From an uncultured Flavobacteriales bacterium (GTDB lineage Bacteria > Bacteroidota > Bacteroidia > Flavobacteriales_G > JALEGO01), in the NCBI GenBank assembly GCA_964403835.1, contig CAYOHR010000005.1, forward strand, positions 2,427 to 66,426: a stretch of 64,000 nt of DNA, read 5' to 3'. Positions 28,258 to 38,852 of the stretch are shown one piece after another (within the stretch, counting starts at the first letter, position 1; each line of letters begins with the position of its first letter). Below the pieces are notes generated by a model, which saw nothing but the letters and a program-made list of their open reading frames with translations, had not been told where the DNA came from and did not search any database. The position numbers and the translations under genes are program-made.

Positions 28258-29337
28258 ATGAAAAAAATTCTCACAGTCGTTGGCGCAAGGCCACAATTTA
28301 TAAAGGCTGCCGTATTAAGTAGAAAAATAAAGCAAACGCAAAATTGCGAAGAAATTATTGTGCATACAGGCCAGCATTTCGACGCAAAAATGTCCGATAT
28401 ATTTTTTGATGAAATGGACATTCCTAAACCACATTATAGTTTAGATATTAATAGCCTTTCACACGGGGCCATGACCGGCCGCATGTTAGAAGAAATTGAA
28501 AAAGTAGTCATTTCTGAAAAACCTGATTTGTTAATGGTATACGGAGATACAAATACTACTTTAGCAGGTGCTTTAGCTGCAAAAAAACTGCATGTAAAGG
28601 TAGCACACGTTGAAGCCGGATTGCGGTCCTACAATATGAACATGCCCGAAGAAATAAACCGGATATTAACCGACCGAATTTCTGATTTATTGTTTTGTCC
28701 AACACAAACTGCCGTAGATAATTTAATTGGCGAGGGGTATAAAGCATTTCCGTCTTCCATTTTTTTAACCGGTGATATTATGTTTGATGCGGCGGTATAT
28801 TATAGCCAGGTTTCTGCCGCTCGCTCAAAAGTGATGAGCGAAATGAAATTAGAGCCCAATGGGTTTATTTTATGCACCATCCACCGACAAGAAAATACCG
28901 ACGATTTAAGCCGGTTGAAAGACATTATTTTCGCATTAAACGAAATTCAATCCAGCATACCGGTTATTGTTCCACTGCATCCCCGAACCAAAAAAATATT
29001 AGATCAGCACGGAATAGTATGTCATTTTAAAGTCATTGAACCCATTGGTTATTTTGACATGATTGAACTATTAAAAAATTGCCGCATGGTTATTACCGAC
29101 AGTGGCGGTTTGCAAAAAGAAGCGTATTATTTTTTAAAAAACAGCATTATTTTGCGAGATCAAACAGAATGGTTGGAGTTGATTGAAAACAACTTCAGCG
29201 TTTTAGTAGGAGCCGAAAAAACAGCTATTTTAAGGGGTTTTGAGCAAATGATGCAAAAAGAAAACCCGGTATTAAATAAGCATTTATTTGGCGATGGAAA
29301 TTCGGCCGATTTAATTTTAACCCGAATTATACAATAG
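28258..29337 (+). CDS. wecB: UDP-N-acetylglucosamine 2-epimerase (non-hydrolysing)
   Basis: VVGARPQFIK, HVEAGLRS and DSGGLQKEA motifs; 359 aa. Confidence 0.9.
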   Translation: MKKILTVVGARPQFIKAAVLSRKIKQTQNCEEIIVHTGQHFDAKMSDIFFDEMDIPKPHYSLDINSLSHGAMTGRMLEEIEKVVISEKPDLLMVYGDTNTTLAGALAAKKLHVKVAHVEAGLRSYNMNMPEEINRILTDRISDLLFCPTQTAVDNLIGEGYKAFPSSIFLTGDIMFDAAVYYSQVSAARSKVMSEMKLEPNGFILCTIHRQENTDDLSRLKDIIFALNEIQSSIPVIVPLHPRTKKILDQHGIVCHFKVIEPIGYFDMIELLKNCRMVITDSGGLQKEAYYFLKNSIILRDQTEWLELIENNFSVLVGAEKTAILRGFEQMMQKENPVLNKHLFGDGNSADLILTRIIQ

Positions 29338-29437
29338 GAAGCTCGAAGAGCTGAACTAGTGCATCCATGAGGGTAATCCCGACTTAGTGTTTGTATCAAG
29401 GCAATTTTTATTGACTTGATTTACAAACAATTAGTCG

Positions 29438-29461
29438 ATTATGCATTAGAAAATGCATAAT
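29438..29461. repeat. palindrome attatgcatt-agaa-aatgcataat (inverted copy of 27747-27784)
   Basis: Same ATGCAT-centred arms; the loop agaa is the reverse complement of ttct. Confidence 0.7.
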
Positions 29462-29561
29462 TTGGGATTAAAGGGGATTGTTGAAAGCATTTAGTTAATA
29501 AACACCGCTCTATTTTTAATATTTTTTCATGCTTTTTTCTTGTATGAAGAGTTTAAAAAAA

Positions 29562-29569
29562 TACTTTTG
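29562..29569 (+). promoter_or_regulatory. -7 motif TAnnTTTG (tacttttg) upstream of the Pmp3-like lipoprotein gene
   Basis: Exact motif 17 nt upstream of the ATG. Confidence 0.35.
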
Positions 29570-29586
29570 TTATAAATACATAAACT

Positions 29587-30186
29587 ATGAAAAACATGAA
29601 CATTTTTAAATTGGTAGCCTTCACCTTGTTGATTGGCTTATTTGCATCTTGTAGCTCTGATAAAGTAATGACCGGAGGGTTATTACAAAAAAGAAAGTAC
29701 AACAAAGGATTTTATTTTGAAGGATTTGCTAAAAAGGAAAAAGAAGCAAATAAAATAAACCACAAAAATGAAAACCAAACAGAAAGTAACTCTACAGCTA
29801 CTTCTGAAAATGTTGTAGATCAATCTATTTCAGCATCAACCAACAAAAATGAAATTAATTTAGTTGCTCCATCTTTAAGCGAATTAGTTGCTGAAAAACA
29901 AGCAAAAACAAACACTACTAAAATTTCTACCAAAGAAGCTAAAAACAGAGCTAAAATGGAGAAAAAAGCACACCGATTAATTACTAAAATTGAAAAAAGA
30001 GCGAATTCTACCGCCGGGGATGATATTATTTTGTATTACATTTTAGCCATCTTAATTCCATTTGTTGCAGTAGGTTTAGTTACTGATTGGGAAATTAAAC
30101 AAGTATTAATTTGTTTGATATTAACAATGTTATGTTATATTCCTGGGTTAATTTACGCCTTAATGAAAGTGAGTCAGAACTCATAA
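29587..30186 (+). CDS. lipoprotein with C-terminal YqaE/Pmp3-like membrane domain
   Basis: Lipobox LFASC; low-complexity K/N/T-rich linker; C-terminal two-helix segment ...LCYIPGLIYALMKV resembles the Pmp3/UPF0057 family. Confidence 0.6.
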   Translation: MKNMNIFKLVAFTLLIGLFASCSSDKVMTGGLLQKRKYNKGFYFEGFAKKEKEANKINHKNENQTESNSTATSENVVDQSISASTNKNEINLVAPSLSELVAEKQAKTNTTKISTKEAKNRAKMEKKAHRLITKIEKRANSTAGDDIILYYILAILIPFVAVGLVTDWEIKQVLICLILTMLCYIPGLIYALMKVSQNS

Positions 30187-30245
30187 CAATAACTTTTTAG
30201 CTCTCAAAAGGCTTAAACATTTATGTTTAAGCCTTTTCTTTTTGT

Positions 30246-30557
30246 ATGAAGACCGAACTACGCAAAAAATACTTCCGCTACATAAAGTTGGGTGTCATGG
30301 CGCTTGCCCCCATGATCATTCTCTTATTACCCGCTGACTATTTCGATCAGGGTCCTGCTCTTTGTCCCTCCGTTATATTTTTTAACAAAACCTGCTTTGG
30401 ATGCGGCATTACGCGGGCTATTATGCATTTAATGCATGGCGAATTTTCTATCGCTAAAGAGTTTCACGCCTATGTGTTTATTATTTTCCCCATTTTATTA
30501 GGACTATATATTACCGAATTTGTTTATTCAATAAAAGGGAAAAGCTTTCTGTTTTAA
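30246..30557 (+). CDS. DUF2752-like membrane protein
   Basis: CPSVIFFNKTCFGCGITRAIMHLMHG motif typical of the family; 103 aa. Confidence 0.65.
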   Translation: MKTELRKKYFRYIKLGVMALAPMIILLLPADYFDQGPALCPSVIFFNKTCFGCGITRAIMHLMHGEFSIAKEFHAYVFIIFPILLGLYITEFVYSIKGKSFLF

Positions 30558-30736
30558 ACAAAAACCTGATAAAAATCATAAACATATTTTAATATCTATT
30601 TATCTACTGTTATGCGAGGCAGAATATAGCTTTTTGATTAACTCTCAATGGCTATTTAGATTCATTTCAAATAAAGGTTTATGACAATTACATGACACTT
30701 TCTTAGCCAATGTAATGTTTCTTTGTAATAAGCAAT

Positions 30737-31966
30737 ATGAAAGAGTTATACATACTATCATTCACCCATGCTTTCTTTAAACCTGAAGAGCTTGCTCTGC
30801 TTTCTATTGAGCCTGATCGCCAGGCAACTATTTTAGAAAAAATAAAACTAGAATTCGGATTTGAGGAATTTATGTTTATTGGTACTTGTAACCGGATCGA
30901 ACTTATTTTTGCCTCTTCATACACCTTAAATAAATTAAAAAAAGGCCAATTAATTGAAGCTATTAGCCAGGGAAAGGTAGATGTTTCTTCTGATTTTTCT
31001 GAACGGGCTTATTTATATACCGGCGAAAGCGCTGCACGACATTTATTCCGGGTTTCTTCTTCGCTCGATTCTTTAGTCATTGGCGAACGAGAGATCATTA
31101 CCCAGGTTCGGCAGGCATACGAGTTGTGTCAAAAAAATAATTTATCAGGCGATTTAATTCGTTTGTTAATGAAAAAAACCATAGAAACCGCCAAAGATGT
31201 TTTTACCTATACCGATATTTCAAAAAAACCGGTTTCAGTGGTTTCTTTAGCGTTTCAAAAATTATTATCGCATAAAGACATTCATAAAAATTCTTCTATA
31301 TTAATGATTGGTGCGGGCCAAACCAATACAGCCTTTGCGCGCAATCTTAAAAAACAAGGTTTTGATAACGTAGTTATTTTTAACCGAACGCTATCTAAAG
31401 CACAAAAACTAGCCGATGAAATAAATGCCAAAGCTTTTTCTTTAGAGGAACTTAGTTCTTATAAACAAGGATTTGATGTTATTGTAAGTTGCACAGGATC
31501 CGAGCATGTTTTGGTAACCCCAGCCCTTTTTAATGCCTTAACCCAAGGCGATTCAAAAAGAAAATATTTAGTCGATTTAGCCATTCCGTATGATATTGAC
31601 CGAAGCATTGCACAACATGCCCATGTTCAGTTTATTGGAATGGAAACCTTAAAAGACTTAGCGAATAAAAACTTAAAAGAAAGACAGGGCGAACTGAATA
31701 AATGCGAAACCATTATTGAAAAAAGCATAAAAGAGTTTAAAAATATATTAAAAGAAAGAAAGATAGAATTGGCCATGAAAGAGGTGCCTGAGCATATTAA
31801 ACATATTAAACAGGTAGCCTTATCCGAAATTTTTGCCAAGGATATAGAAAAGCTGGACGATGATTCAAAAGCCGTTATAGATAAAATCATCAGCTACATG
31901 GAAAAAAAATATATCAGCGGACCCATGAAAATGGCCAAAGATATTATGTTGGAAACGGAGATATAA
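30737..31966 (+). CDS. hemA: glutamyl-tRNA reductase
   Basis: Active-site motif GTCNRIE; central NADPH Rossmann segment MIGAGQTN; 409 aa. Confidence 0.9.
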   Translation: MKELYILSFTHAFFKPEELALLSIEPDRQATILEKIKLEFGFEEFMFIGTCNRIELIFASSYTLNKLKKGQLIEAISQGKVDVSSDFSERAYLYTGESAARHLFRVSSSLDSLVIGEREIITQVRQAYELCQKNNLSGDLIRLLMKKTIETAKDVFTYTDISKKPVSVVSLAFQKLLSHKDIHKNSSILMIGAGQTNTAFARNLKKQGFDNVVIFNRTLSKAQKLADEINAKAFSLEELSSYKQGFDVIVSCTGSEHVLVTPALFNALTQGDSKRKYLVDLAIPYDIDRSIAQHAHVQFIGMETLKDLANKNLKERQGELNKCETIIEKSIKEFKNILKERKIELAMKEVPEHIKHIKQVALSEIFAKDIEKLDDDSKAVIDKIISYMEKKYISGPMKMAKDIMLETEI

Positions 31967-32007
31967 TCATAGACCTTTCCTTTAATAATCAATGAATTAT
32001 AAATTTT

Positions 32008-32074
32008 ACCACTCAGACACTAAGTTCACTCAGATTCACTTAGTGTTTCTTAGTGTTCTCAGTGTCTCCGTGGT
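32008..32074. repeat. 67-nt imperfect palindrome between hemA and hemC-hemD
   Basis: accactcagacactaag...cttagtgttctcagtgtctccgtggt; outer arms accac/gtggt and gacact/agtgtc pair; built of repeated cactNag units. Confidence 0.65.
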
Positions 32075-33673
32075 TTGTTTGACAAAATACTCAAAACTTT
32101 GAAAAACAAAATCATCATAGGTTCACGTGGAAGCGATTTAGCGCTATGGCAGGCCCATTATATTTCCGGCCAAATAAAGGATAAGTGTAATATTGACACC
32201 GAAATTAAAATCATTAAAACCAAAGGCGATCAAATTCAACATTTAAGCTTTGATAAAATGGAGGGCAAAGGCTTTTTTACCAAAGAAATTGAAGAGGCCC
32301 TTTTAAAAAAGGAAATTGATATCGCGGTTCACTCTTTTAAGGATTTAGAAACGGCTCAGCCCGAAGGGCTTGTTATAGGCGCGGTTAGCGAGCGGGTTGA
32401 TCCCGCAGACATCATTATTATTCGAAAAGAAGCCTATGATAGAACGCAAAAATTCGGATTTAAAAAAAATGCCATCATAGGCACTTCATCCTCTCGCCGA
32501 AAATCACAACTATTGCTTTTTCGGCCCGATGTAGAAATAAAAGATTTACGCGGAAATGTGCCCACTCGCATTGATAAGCTGCGCCAAAACCAATACGATG
32601 CTATATTGCTGGCCAAAGCAGGATTAGATCGATTAGAAATTGATTTAAATGAGTTTTATTTTACCGTGCTCGATCCTACCGAGTTTATTCCGGCTCCGGC
32701 ACAGGGAGTTTTAGCCATTCAGGCTCGTTCAGAGGATCAGGAATTGTTACAGATTTTAAAAAAAATCAATAACCCGGAAGTAGAAGCCATTGTGCATGCC
32801 GAACGCTCCATTTTAAAACAATTTGGCGGAGGCTGCCAGGTTCCATTGGGTATTTATGCAACGGCAAAAGAAAAAACATTAAAAATCTGGATTTCTAGAT
32901 CGGCCAGTTGGGACAAAATTCCTGCTCAAATTTACTCCGAGTGTACAATGGACACTTTTAGCCCCCATGGCTTTGTCAACTCATTAAATATTGTTCCAAA
33001 ATCTGTATTTATTAGCAGTGAAATGGAGCATACTATTTTTGAAAGAATGTTGAACGAATATGGCTTTAAAATCCTGGCAACTTCCCTTATTGATACGAAA
33101 GTGATAGAAAATTTGCCTTCTAGCGCACCGGCTGCCGAATGGATCTTTTTTTCAAGTAAAAATGCGGTTCAGTATTATTTAAAAAAATATACCATTCATT
33201 CCCATCAAAAGGTGGCTGCCATTGGCCAGGGGACAGCTTTAAAATTAAAAGAAGCAGGCTTCGAGGTGGCTTTCGTCGCTGACAAAGAAAGCATGCAGGT
33301 TTCGTCTGAGAAATTTAAAAATCTGGTTAAAGGCGAAAAGGTTCTGTTTCCCTGCGCTGAAAACAGTTTAAAAAGTTTTGAAAACACCTTAGATTCAAAA
33401 CAAGTTATTCATTTTCCCATATATCAAACCTTGGCTAAACCTGTTAAAATAGAAGCGCATGAAATATATGTTTTTACAAGTCCTTCCAATGTAAATTCAT
33501 TTTTCTTAAATAATACTTTGCCTTCTAACGCTATATGCATTGCTATGGGCGAAAGTACGGGCTCTGTTTTAGAACAACATGGGGTAAAAAACTATCATTT
33601 ACCGAGGGAAGCCGAGGGTTACCGCATGAGTTATTTGGGCCTGGCCCGGTTGGTTTTAAAAGTATCCAATTGA
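32075..33673 (+). CDS. hemC: bifunctional hydroxymethylbilane synthase / uroporphyrinogen-III synthase (HemC-HemD fusion)
   Basis: N-terminal HemC (IIGSRGSDLALWQA, TKGD, GGCQVPLG) continues without a stop into a HemD-like half of about 230 aa. There is no ATG near the 5' end; candidate TTG starts at 32075 and 32099. Confidence 0.85.
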   Translation: MFDKILKTLKNKIIIGSRGSDLALWQAHYISGQIKDKCNIDTEIKIIKTKGDQIQHLSFDKMEGKGFFTKEIEEALLKKEIDIAVHSFKDLETAQPEGLVIGAVSERVDPADIIIIRKEAYDRTQKFGFKKNAIIGTSSSRRKSQLLLFRPDVEIKDLRGNVPTRIDKLRQNQYDAILLAKAGLDRLEIDLNEFYFTVLDPTEFIPAPAQGVLAIQARSEDQELLQILKKINNPEVEAIVHAERSILKQFGGGCQVPLGIYATAKEKTLKIWISRSASWDKIPAQIYSECTMDTFSPHGFVNSLNIVPKSVFISSEMEHTIFERMLNEYGFKILATSLIDTKVIENLPSSAPAAEWIFFSSKNAVQYYLKKYTIHSHQKVAAIGQGTALKLKEAGFEVAFVADKESMQVSSEKFKNLVKGEKVLFPCAENSLKSFENTLDSKQVIHFPIYQTLAKPVKIEAHEIYVFTSPSNVNSFFLNNTLPSNAICIAMGESTGSVLEQHGVKNYHLPREAEGYRMSYLGLARLVLKVSN

Positions 33674-33728
33674 AAAACGTCCTTAGTCTTTTCATAAAAA
33701 TGTATATTTGAGTACATCAAATTAAATC

Positions 33729-34184
33729 ATGGTAACAATATATACTGACGGTTCTTCTCGTGGAAATCCAGGTCCTGGTGGCTATGGAAGCATTTTAATG
33801 TCGGGCAGTCATATAAAAGAATTATCGAAAGGGTTTCGCTTAACCACCAATAACCGCATGGAATTAATGAGTGTTATTGCGGCTTTAGAAGCGTTAACAC
33901 GGGAAAAATGTGATGTTACTGTTTACAGCGATTCAAAATATGTGGTCGATGCCATTGAACAAAAATGGTTGTTTGGTTGGGAAAAGAAGAATTTTAAGGA
34001 CAAAAAAAATGAAGATTTGTGGCGCAGGTTCTTGAAAGTGTACAGAAAACACAACGTTCGGTTTAAATGGGTAAGGGGCCATGATGGCAATGAGTTTAAC
34101 GAAAAATGTGATGTATTAGCCACCGCTGCTGCCGATGGCAATGATTTAGGAATAGATGCTGAGTATGAAAAACTGAACAGCTGA
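33729..34184 (+). CDS. rnhA: ribonuclease HI
   Basis: IYTDGSSRGNPGPGGYG, NNRMEL and DSKYV motifs; 151 aa. Confidence 0.95.
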   Translation: MVTIYTDGSSRGNPGPGGYGSILMSGSHIKELSKGFRLTTNNRMELMSVIAALEALTREKCDVTVYSDSKYVVDAIEQKWLFGWEKKNFKDKKNEDLWRRFLKVYRKHNVRFKWVRGHDGNEFNEKCDVLATAAADGNDLGIDAEYEKLNS

Positions 34185-34256
34185 CTGACCATTAAGCATC
34201 AATCTCTTTCTCGCTTTTTACCACCTCATACACTTCCGCTGATTATTGATTTAATT

Positions 34257-34796
34257 ATGCATGAAGATGTAAAAATAAAAGTCAGCCGTCCCCGCAAAGG
34301 AAAATTGGGCGATTTTAGACCATCCGACGATCATGAAAACCATGTGATTACGGTAAACGATAATTTAAACCCGTACTCTTTTTTAATCACCTTTGTACAC
34401 GAAGTGGCTCATTTAAAAATTTGGGAAAGGCATAAAAATAAAGTCGATCCGCATGGAGCCGAGTGGAAACAGGAGTTTAAAAAATTGATGCGCGATTTTA
34501 TGACTCCTGCTATACTGCCTGAGTCTTTAATTACAGCGCTTTCCATTCACTTTACCAAAACAAAATCAAGCACCTGTTTTGACCCCGATTTAATGCATGA
34601 GTTGTTGAAATATGACGTGAACAATACGAAAATATTATTGTCGAATGTAGAGATGAATGTTCCTTTTGAATTTGATAATCGCGTATTTATTCGAAAAGAA
34701 AACTTGCGAACACGCTCTAAATGTGAGGAGTTAAATACGAATAGGGTGTATTTAATACACAACGCAGCTTTTGTGCGGGTGAAAGAGGAATTATAA
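34257..34796 (+). CDS. SprT-like zinc metalloprotease-domain protein
   Basis: HEVAHL (HExxH) in an SprT-like context; 179 aa. Confidence 0.6.
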   Translation: MHEDVKIKVSRPRKGKLGDFRPSDDHENHVITVNDNLNPYSFLITFVHEVAHLKIWERHKNKVDPHGAEWKQEFKKLMRDFMTPAILPESLITALSIHFTKTKSSTCFDPDLMHELLKYDVNNTKILLSNVEMNVPFEFDNRVFIRKENLRTRSKCEELNTNRVYLIHNAAFVRVKEEL

Positions 34797-34853
34797 AACC
34801 AGTCTATGGCTTGAAAAGGGATAGAATGCATGGTTTTCTATTTTATTGAATAA

Positions 34854-35951
34854 TTATATCAATGACACACCAATCATTTTTCCTATTCCAAAAGTAATGG
34901 TTGCAGCTATTAAACCAAAAAGTACTTGTCTAAAACCCGAATACCAGATGCTTTTTCCGGTAAATAGGGTAATGGCCGAACCAATTATAAACAATCCAAA
35001 TCCGCTTAGTATGGTGCTCAATAAAATGGCCTTAAACCCGCTAGAAAAGAAAAACGGAATAACGGGAATAATAGCCCCAAGCGAGAATAAAATAAAAGAA
35101 GCAACAGCGGCTTCCATGGCCGATCCTTTTAAATCTTCGGGGTTAATACCCAATTCTTCTTTTACTAAAATTTCATGTGCATGCTCTTTATCTGCCATAA
35201 TTTCTTTGGCCATTTGCCTGGCTTGATCCTCTGGTATTCCTTTGGTTATATAGATCAAAGCCAATTCTTTTTCCTCTCCTTCGGGGTTGGTTTCTAACTC
35301 ATCCATTTCCAATTGCATTTGGTTTTCACAAAGTTCTTGCGAACTTTTAACCGATATCCATTCGCCCAAAGCCATGGATAGGGCACCTGCTAAAAGACCC
35401 GCTATTCCTGCCAACAATACGCCATTTTGTCCACTAGTGGCACCTGCCACACCCATTACCAAACTAAAATTAGAAACCAAACCATCATTACCGCCTAAAA
35501 CGGCTGCACGCAATGCATTTCCTCCAACCGAGCGATGCCTTTTTTCGAAGCGCGCTAAATTTGAACCTGATATTTTTTGGTTATTATTTAAAATGTTTTT
35601 AAGAATGGTTACATGGGCCGTATCAGAAAGGGAAATTGTTGATTGGTATTTTTTTCGGGCACTTAAAACGGAAGTCGCCAGGCTTTTTTCGGTATCTAAT
35701 AAAATACCTAAAACATAATCATACCCAAATACTTTACCCAAGGTTTTTAGAATTTTGGCTCGCATGGAGGGTGCAGGCAATTGAGAAATGTCTACCCCAT
35801 TTTTATTCATAAAAGCGACTGCATGGCTATGCTCTATGTCGCTCATTTGATGAAAAACATTGGCTACATTGGGGTCTTCCTCTTTTTCAGCCAATACTTT
35901 ATACAAAAAGCTGGCATCTACCTCGGTTTGTATGTTTTGTAGGTTAATCAT
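34854..35951 (-). CDS. ferritin-like (erythrin) domain fused to VIT1/CCC1 iron-transporter domain (MbfA-like)
   Basis: N-terminal four-helix ferritin-like region; C-terminal GGNDGLVSNFSLVMGVAGA with five TM helices typical of VIT1/CCC1. Confidence 0.75.
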   Translation of the reverse strand: MINLQNIQTEVDASFLYKVLAEKEEDPNVANVFHQMSDIEHSHAVAFMNKNGVDISQLPAPSMRAKILKTLGKVFGYDYVLGILLDTEKSLATSVLSARKKYQSTISLSDTAHVTILKNILNNNQKISGSNLARFEKRHRSVGGNALRAAVLGGNDGLVSNFSLVMGVAGATSGQNGVLLAGIAGLLAGALSMALGEWISVKSSQELCENQMQLEMDELETNPEGEEKELALIYITKGIPEDQARQMAKEIMADKEHAHEILVKEELGINPEDLKGSAMEAAVASFILFSLGAIIPVIPFFFSSGFKAILLSTILSGFGLFIIGSAITLFTGKSIWYSGFRQVLFGLIAATITFGIGKMIGVSLI

Positions 35952-35953
35952 GT

Positions 35954-38053
35954 TTAATTATTCTGAGCATTCACCGTTAAACCACATTTTAAATAATTAA
36001 CGTATTCCGCTACTGCCGGAGTATAACCAACGGGCGGAACTAACAATTGTTCTTTGTTGTTTAATAAAAAGTAAAAAGGTTGTGCATTGCTATTAAAAGT
36101 TTCGGTTTCAAACGTGGACCATTTATCACCGGTTGTTTTTATTTTTTTGCTTCTCCCTTGGGCATTTACATAAACATCTTGCAAACTATCAGGTAATACT
36201 TCCCGATCATCTACATACAGTGAAATCAAAACATATTCTTCATTAATTATTTTGAACACTTCGGGTTTATTCCACACATTTTCTTCCATTTTTCGGCAAT
36301 TTACGCATGCCCAACCGGTAAAATCCAATAAAATGGGTTTATTTACTTGTTTTGCATACTTCACGCCTTGTTCATAATCATGAAAACAATTTAAATTTAA
36401 AGGACAATGAACAGGATACATCCAGCTATAACCGGCCGGTGGAGCCAAACCGCTTAACAAACTTAAAGAACTGAACGTTTTGGCATCTTTATTATATTTA
36501 AAACCACTTACAAGGTATATTACAAAGGAGATTGCAAGTAAAAGCGTAGTCAATCTGAAAAACGTCCATTTTTGAAAAGGTGTATCGTGCGGCAGTTTAA
36601 TAAATCCGAGTATATATAGGGCCAAGGCAAGACCTATTAAAATCCAAAAGCCCATAAAAACTTCGTATTTTAAAATGCCCCAATGCTCGACCAAATCAGC
36701 ATTGGATAAAAATTTAACCGCTAAGGCCAATTCTATAAAACCGAGCAATATTTTTACTTTGGTTAGCCATCCGCCCGATTTTGGCAAAGAATTTAACCAA
36801 CTTGGAAAGGCCGCAAACAAGGCAAAAGGCAAAGCCAGCGCCAGTCCAAAACCGCCCATACCCGCTGTTAATTGCATGGCTCCTCCGTTAGAAGTTAAAG
36901 AACCTGCTAATAATGAGCCTAAAATAGGGCCGGTACATGAAAATGAAACTAAAGCTAAAGTAAGCGCCATAAAGAAAATACCTAATAATCCGCCCGAATT
37001 CGATGCAGAATCGGCTTTGTTGGCTAGTGAATTAGGTAAAGTAATTTCATAATATCCAAAAAAGGAAATAGCAAACAGTACAAATACAATAAAGAAGAAA
37101 ACATTTAAATAAGCATTGGTAGAAATGGTGTTTAAAATATTAGGATCTAACGAGTCTAACACATGAAAAGGCAAGCTTAAAACAATATACACCATGAAAA
37201 TAAAAAAGCCATATAAAAAGGCATTCAGCATCCCTTTTTTCCCCTCACTACTTTTGGTGAAAAAGCTGACTGTAAGCGGTATCATAGGAAAAACACAAGG
37301 AGTTAAAAGGGCTAATAAACCACCAATAAAACCTAAAATAAAAATAGCCCAAAAGCTTTTCCCTTCCACATTATCATCCGATTGAATATCGCATTTGCCA
37401 AGTGGTTTTTTTAAATCTATGGTAGGGTGCTTGTAAGGGAATTTTTGAGCTTTATTAAGTACTGTGTCTAGGGTAGAACTTATTTGTTTAGCGGAATCAA
37501 TGCTTGCAGAAGTATCTGAGCTTAAAATAGGGGCTTTTGCGGTATCTTCGCCCGTTGCTTGAGCAGAAGTCGCAAACTCTAACTTAAATTCAAAGGTAGG
37601 GTTATAATCGGGCTTAATACAGGTTTGATCGTTGCATGACATGTGTTCAATTTCGCCTTTAACAAGGGTTGTTTTTGATATTTTTACTTTTTGTGTAAAG
37701 GTGGCTTCGTTTTCAAACCAGGCTAATTTAGTATCAAAATTAGGCTCAAATGCTACATGAGGCTTTGGTTCGGTGGGTTGTCCTATAAATTTAATATCCG
37801 CATTGCTTTCAAATATGAATTTTGTAGGCAGAATAGGGGTTTCCTCTACCGGCTGAGTCTGGGCATATAAATGCCAACCCTTATCAATAAAGGCTTTAAA
37901 GGTTAGTTGGTATTCATTGTCGGCTAATTTTTTCTGAGAATACGTCCATTTTACCGGAACCAACACCTGGGAGAAAGAGGAAAGTGTAAAAAGTACACAA
38001 TAAAAAGTGCAAAGTAGTTGAAATATTTGAATTTTGTTTTTTGACCTATGCAT
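35954..38053 (-). CDS. dsbD: DsbD-family thiol:disulfide interchange protein
   Basis: Central DsbD/CcdA membrane core with [10 protein letters not shown] and SCTGPILG; C-terminal thioredoxin fold with WACVNC. Confidence 0.85.
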   Translation of the reverse strand: MHRSKNKIQIFQLLCTFYCVLFTLSSFSQVLVPVKWTYSQKKLADNEYQLTFKAFIDKGWHLYAQTQPVEETPILPTKFIFESNADIKFIGQPTEPKPHVAFEPNFDTKLAWFENEATFTQKVKISKTTLVKGEIEHMSCNDQTCIKPDYNPTFEFKLEFATSAQATGEDTAKAPILSSDTSASIDSAKQISSTLDTVLNKAQKFPYKHPTIDLKKPLGKCDIQSDDNVEGKSFWAIFILGFIGGLLALLTPCVFPMIPLTVSFFTKSSEGKKGMLNAFLYGFFIFMVYIVLSLPFHVLDSLDPNILNTISTNAYLNVFFFIVFVLFAISFFGYYEITLPNSLANKADSASNSGGLLGIFFMALTLALVSFSCTGPILGSLLAGSLTSNGGAMQLTAGMGGFGLALALPFALFAAFPSWLNSLPKSGGWLTKVKILLGFIELALAVKFLSNADLVEHWGILKYEVFMGFWILIGLALALYILGFIKLPHDTPFQKWTFFRLTTLLLAISFVIYLVSGFKYNKDAKTFSSLSLLSGLAPPAGYSWMYPVHCPLNLNCFHDYEQGVKYAKQVNKPILLDFTGWACVNCRKMEENVWNKPEVFKIINEEYVLISLYVDDREVLPDSLQDVYVNAQGRSKKIKTTGDKWSTFETETFNSNAQPFYFLLNNKEQLLVPPVGYTPAVAEYVNYLKCGLTVNAQNN

Positions 38054-38081
38054 AGTGGTTCGGTTTTCCGGTAAGGGCTGA

Positions 38082-38849
38082 TTACTTCTTTTTAAAATTT
38101 TGGATAAAATTTTTGGTAAAATCTGATAAAACTAATTTACCGCTAATTTCAGCGCGTTCTACTAACAACTGATCCCAGTTTTCGGTGCCTTTCCAAAAAA
38201 TGGTTTTTAATTCTTTCATGGCTTCGGGGTTATATCCTTTTAACTGGTTTAAAAGCTTATAAATGGCTTCATCCATCAAGTGTATGTTTTCATGAACTTC
38301 TACAAACAAACCCTTTTCTTGCGCCCACGCAGCCGATTTCCATTCGCTTGCATCAATGGTTAATTGTGAAAAAGCAGATAATCCAACTTTGCGTTCAACC
38401 GCCGGACCCACTACAAAAGGACCTAAGCCAACCGCCAATTCGCTTAATTTGATGGAAGATTGTGCAGTTGCAAAAGCATAATCAACCGCTGCGGCTATTC
38501 CTACACCGCCACCTACGGCTTTCCCATGGATTCTTCCTACCACTAATTTAGGACTTTTCCGGATGGCATTAATTACTTTGGCAAAACCGGAGAAAAATTC
38601 TTTTCCGCCGGCCAAATCTTTTATTTCAATAAGTTCATCAAACGATGCTCCGGCACAAAAAGCTTTTTCGCCTTTGCTCCGCAATAAAATTACTTTTACT
38701 TCCGAGTCAGCACCGGAAGCAGTAATTTCTTGCGCTAATTTATTTAAAATATCAGCCGGTAAAGAGTTGCTGGCCGGATGATAAAATTCAATTTCGGCTA
38801 CCTGGTTTAATTTTTTAACCTGTACAAAGGGCGCTATTTCTGTTTCCAT
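38082..38849 (-). CDS. enoyl-CoA hydratase/isomerase family protein
   Basis: Crotonase oxyanion motif AFCAGASF and [13 protein letters not shown]; 255 aa. Confidence 0.85.
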   Translation of the reverse strand: METEIAPFVQVKKLNQVAEIEFYHPASNSLPADILNKLAQEITASGADSEVKVILLRSKGEKAFCAGASFDELIEIKDLAGGKEFFSGFAKVINAIRKSPKLVVGRIHGKAVGGGVGIAAAVDYAFATAQSSIKLSELAVGLGPFVVGPAVERKVGLSAFSQLTIDASEWKSAAWAQEKGLFVEVHENIHLMDEAIYKLLNQLKGYNPEAMKELKTIFWKGTENWDQLLVERAEISGKLVLSDFTKNFIQNFKKK

Positions 38850-38852
38850 AGT

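Noticed and set aside
29341-29385. Possible fifth, degenerate copy of the mosaic repeat core (gctcgaagagctgaactagtgcatcc against ccgctcaggactagtcgttgc)
   Set aside because: Only a short patchy resemblance centred on actagt. It is too weak to call without an alignment statistic.
35287-35718. 143-aa ORF (and the 126-aa ORF at 34846-35226) antisense to the VIT1-family gene
   Set aside because: Both are embedded in a motif-supported gene on the other strand, with no motifs of their own.
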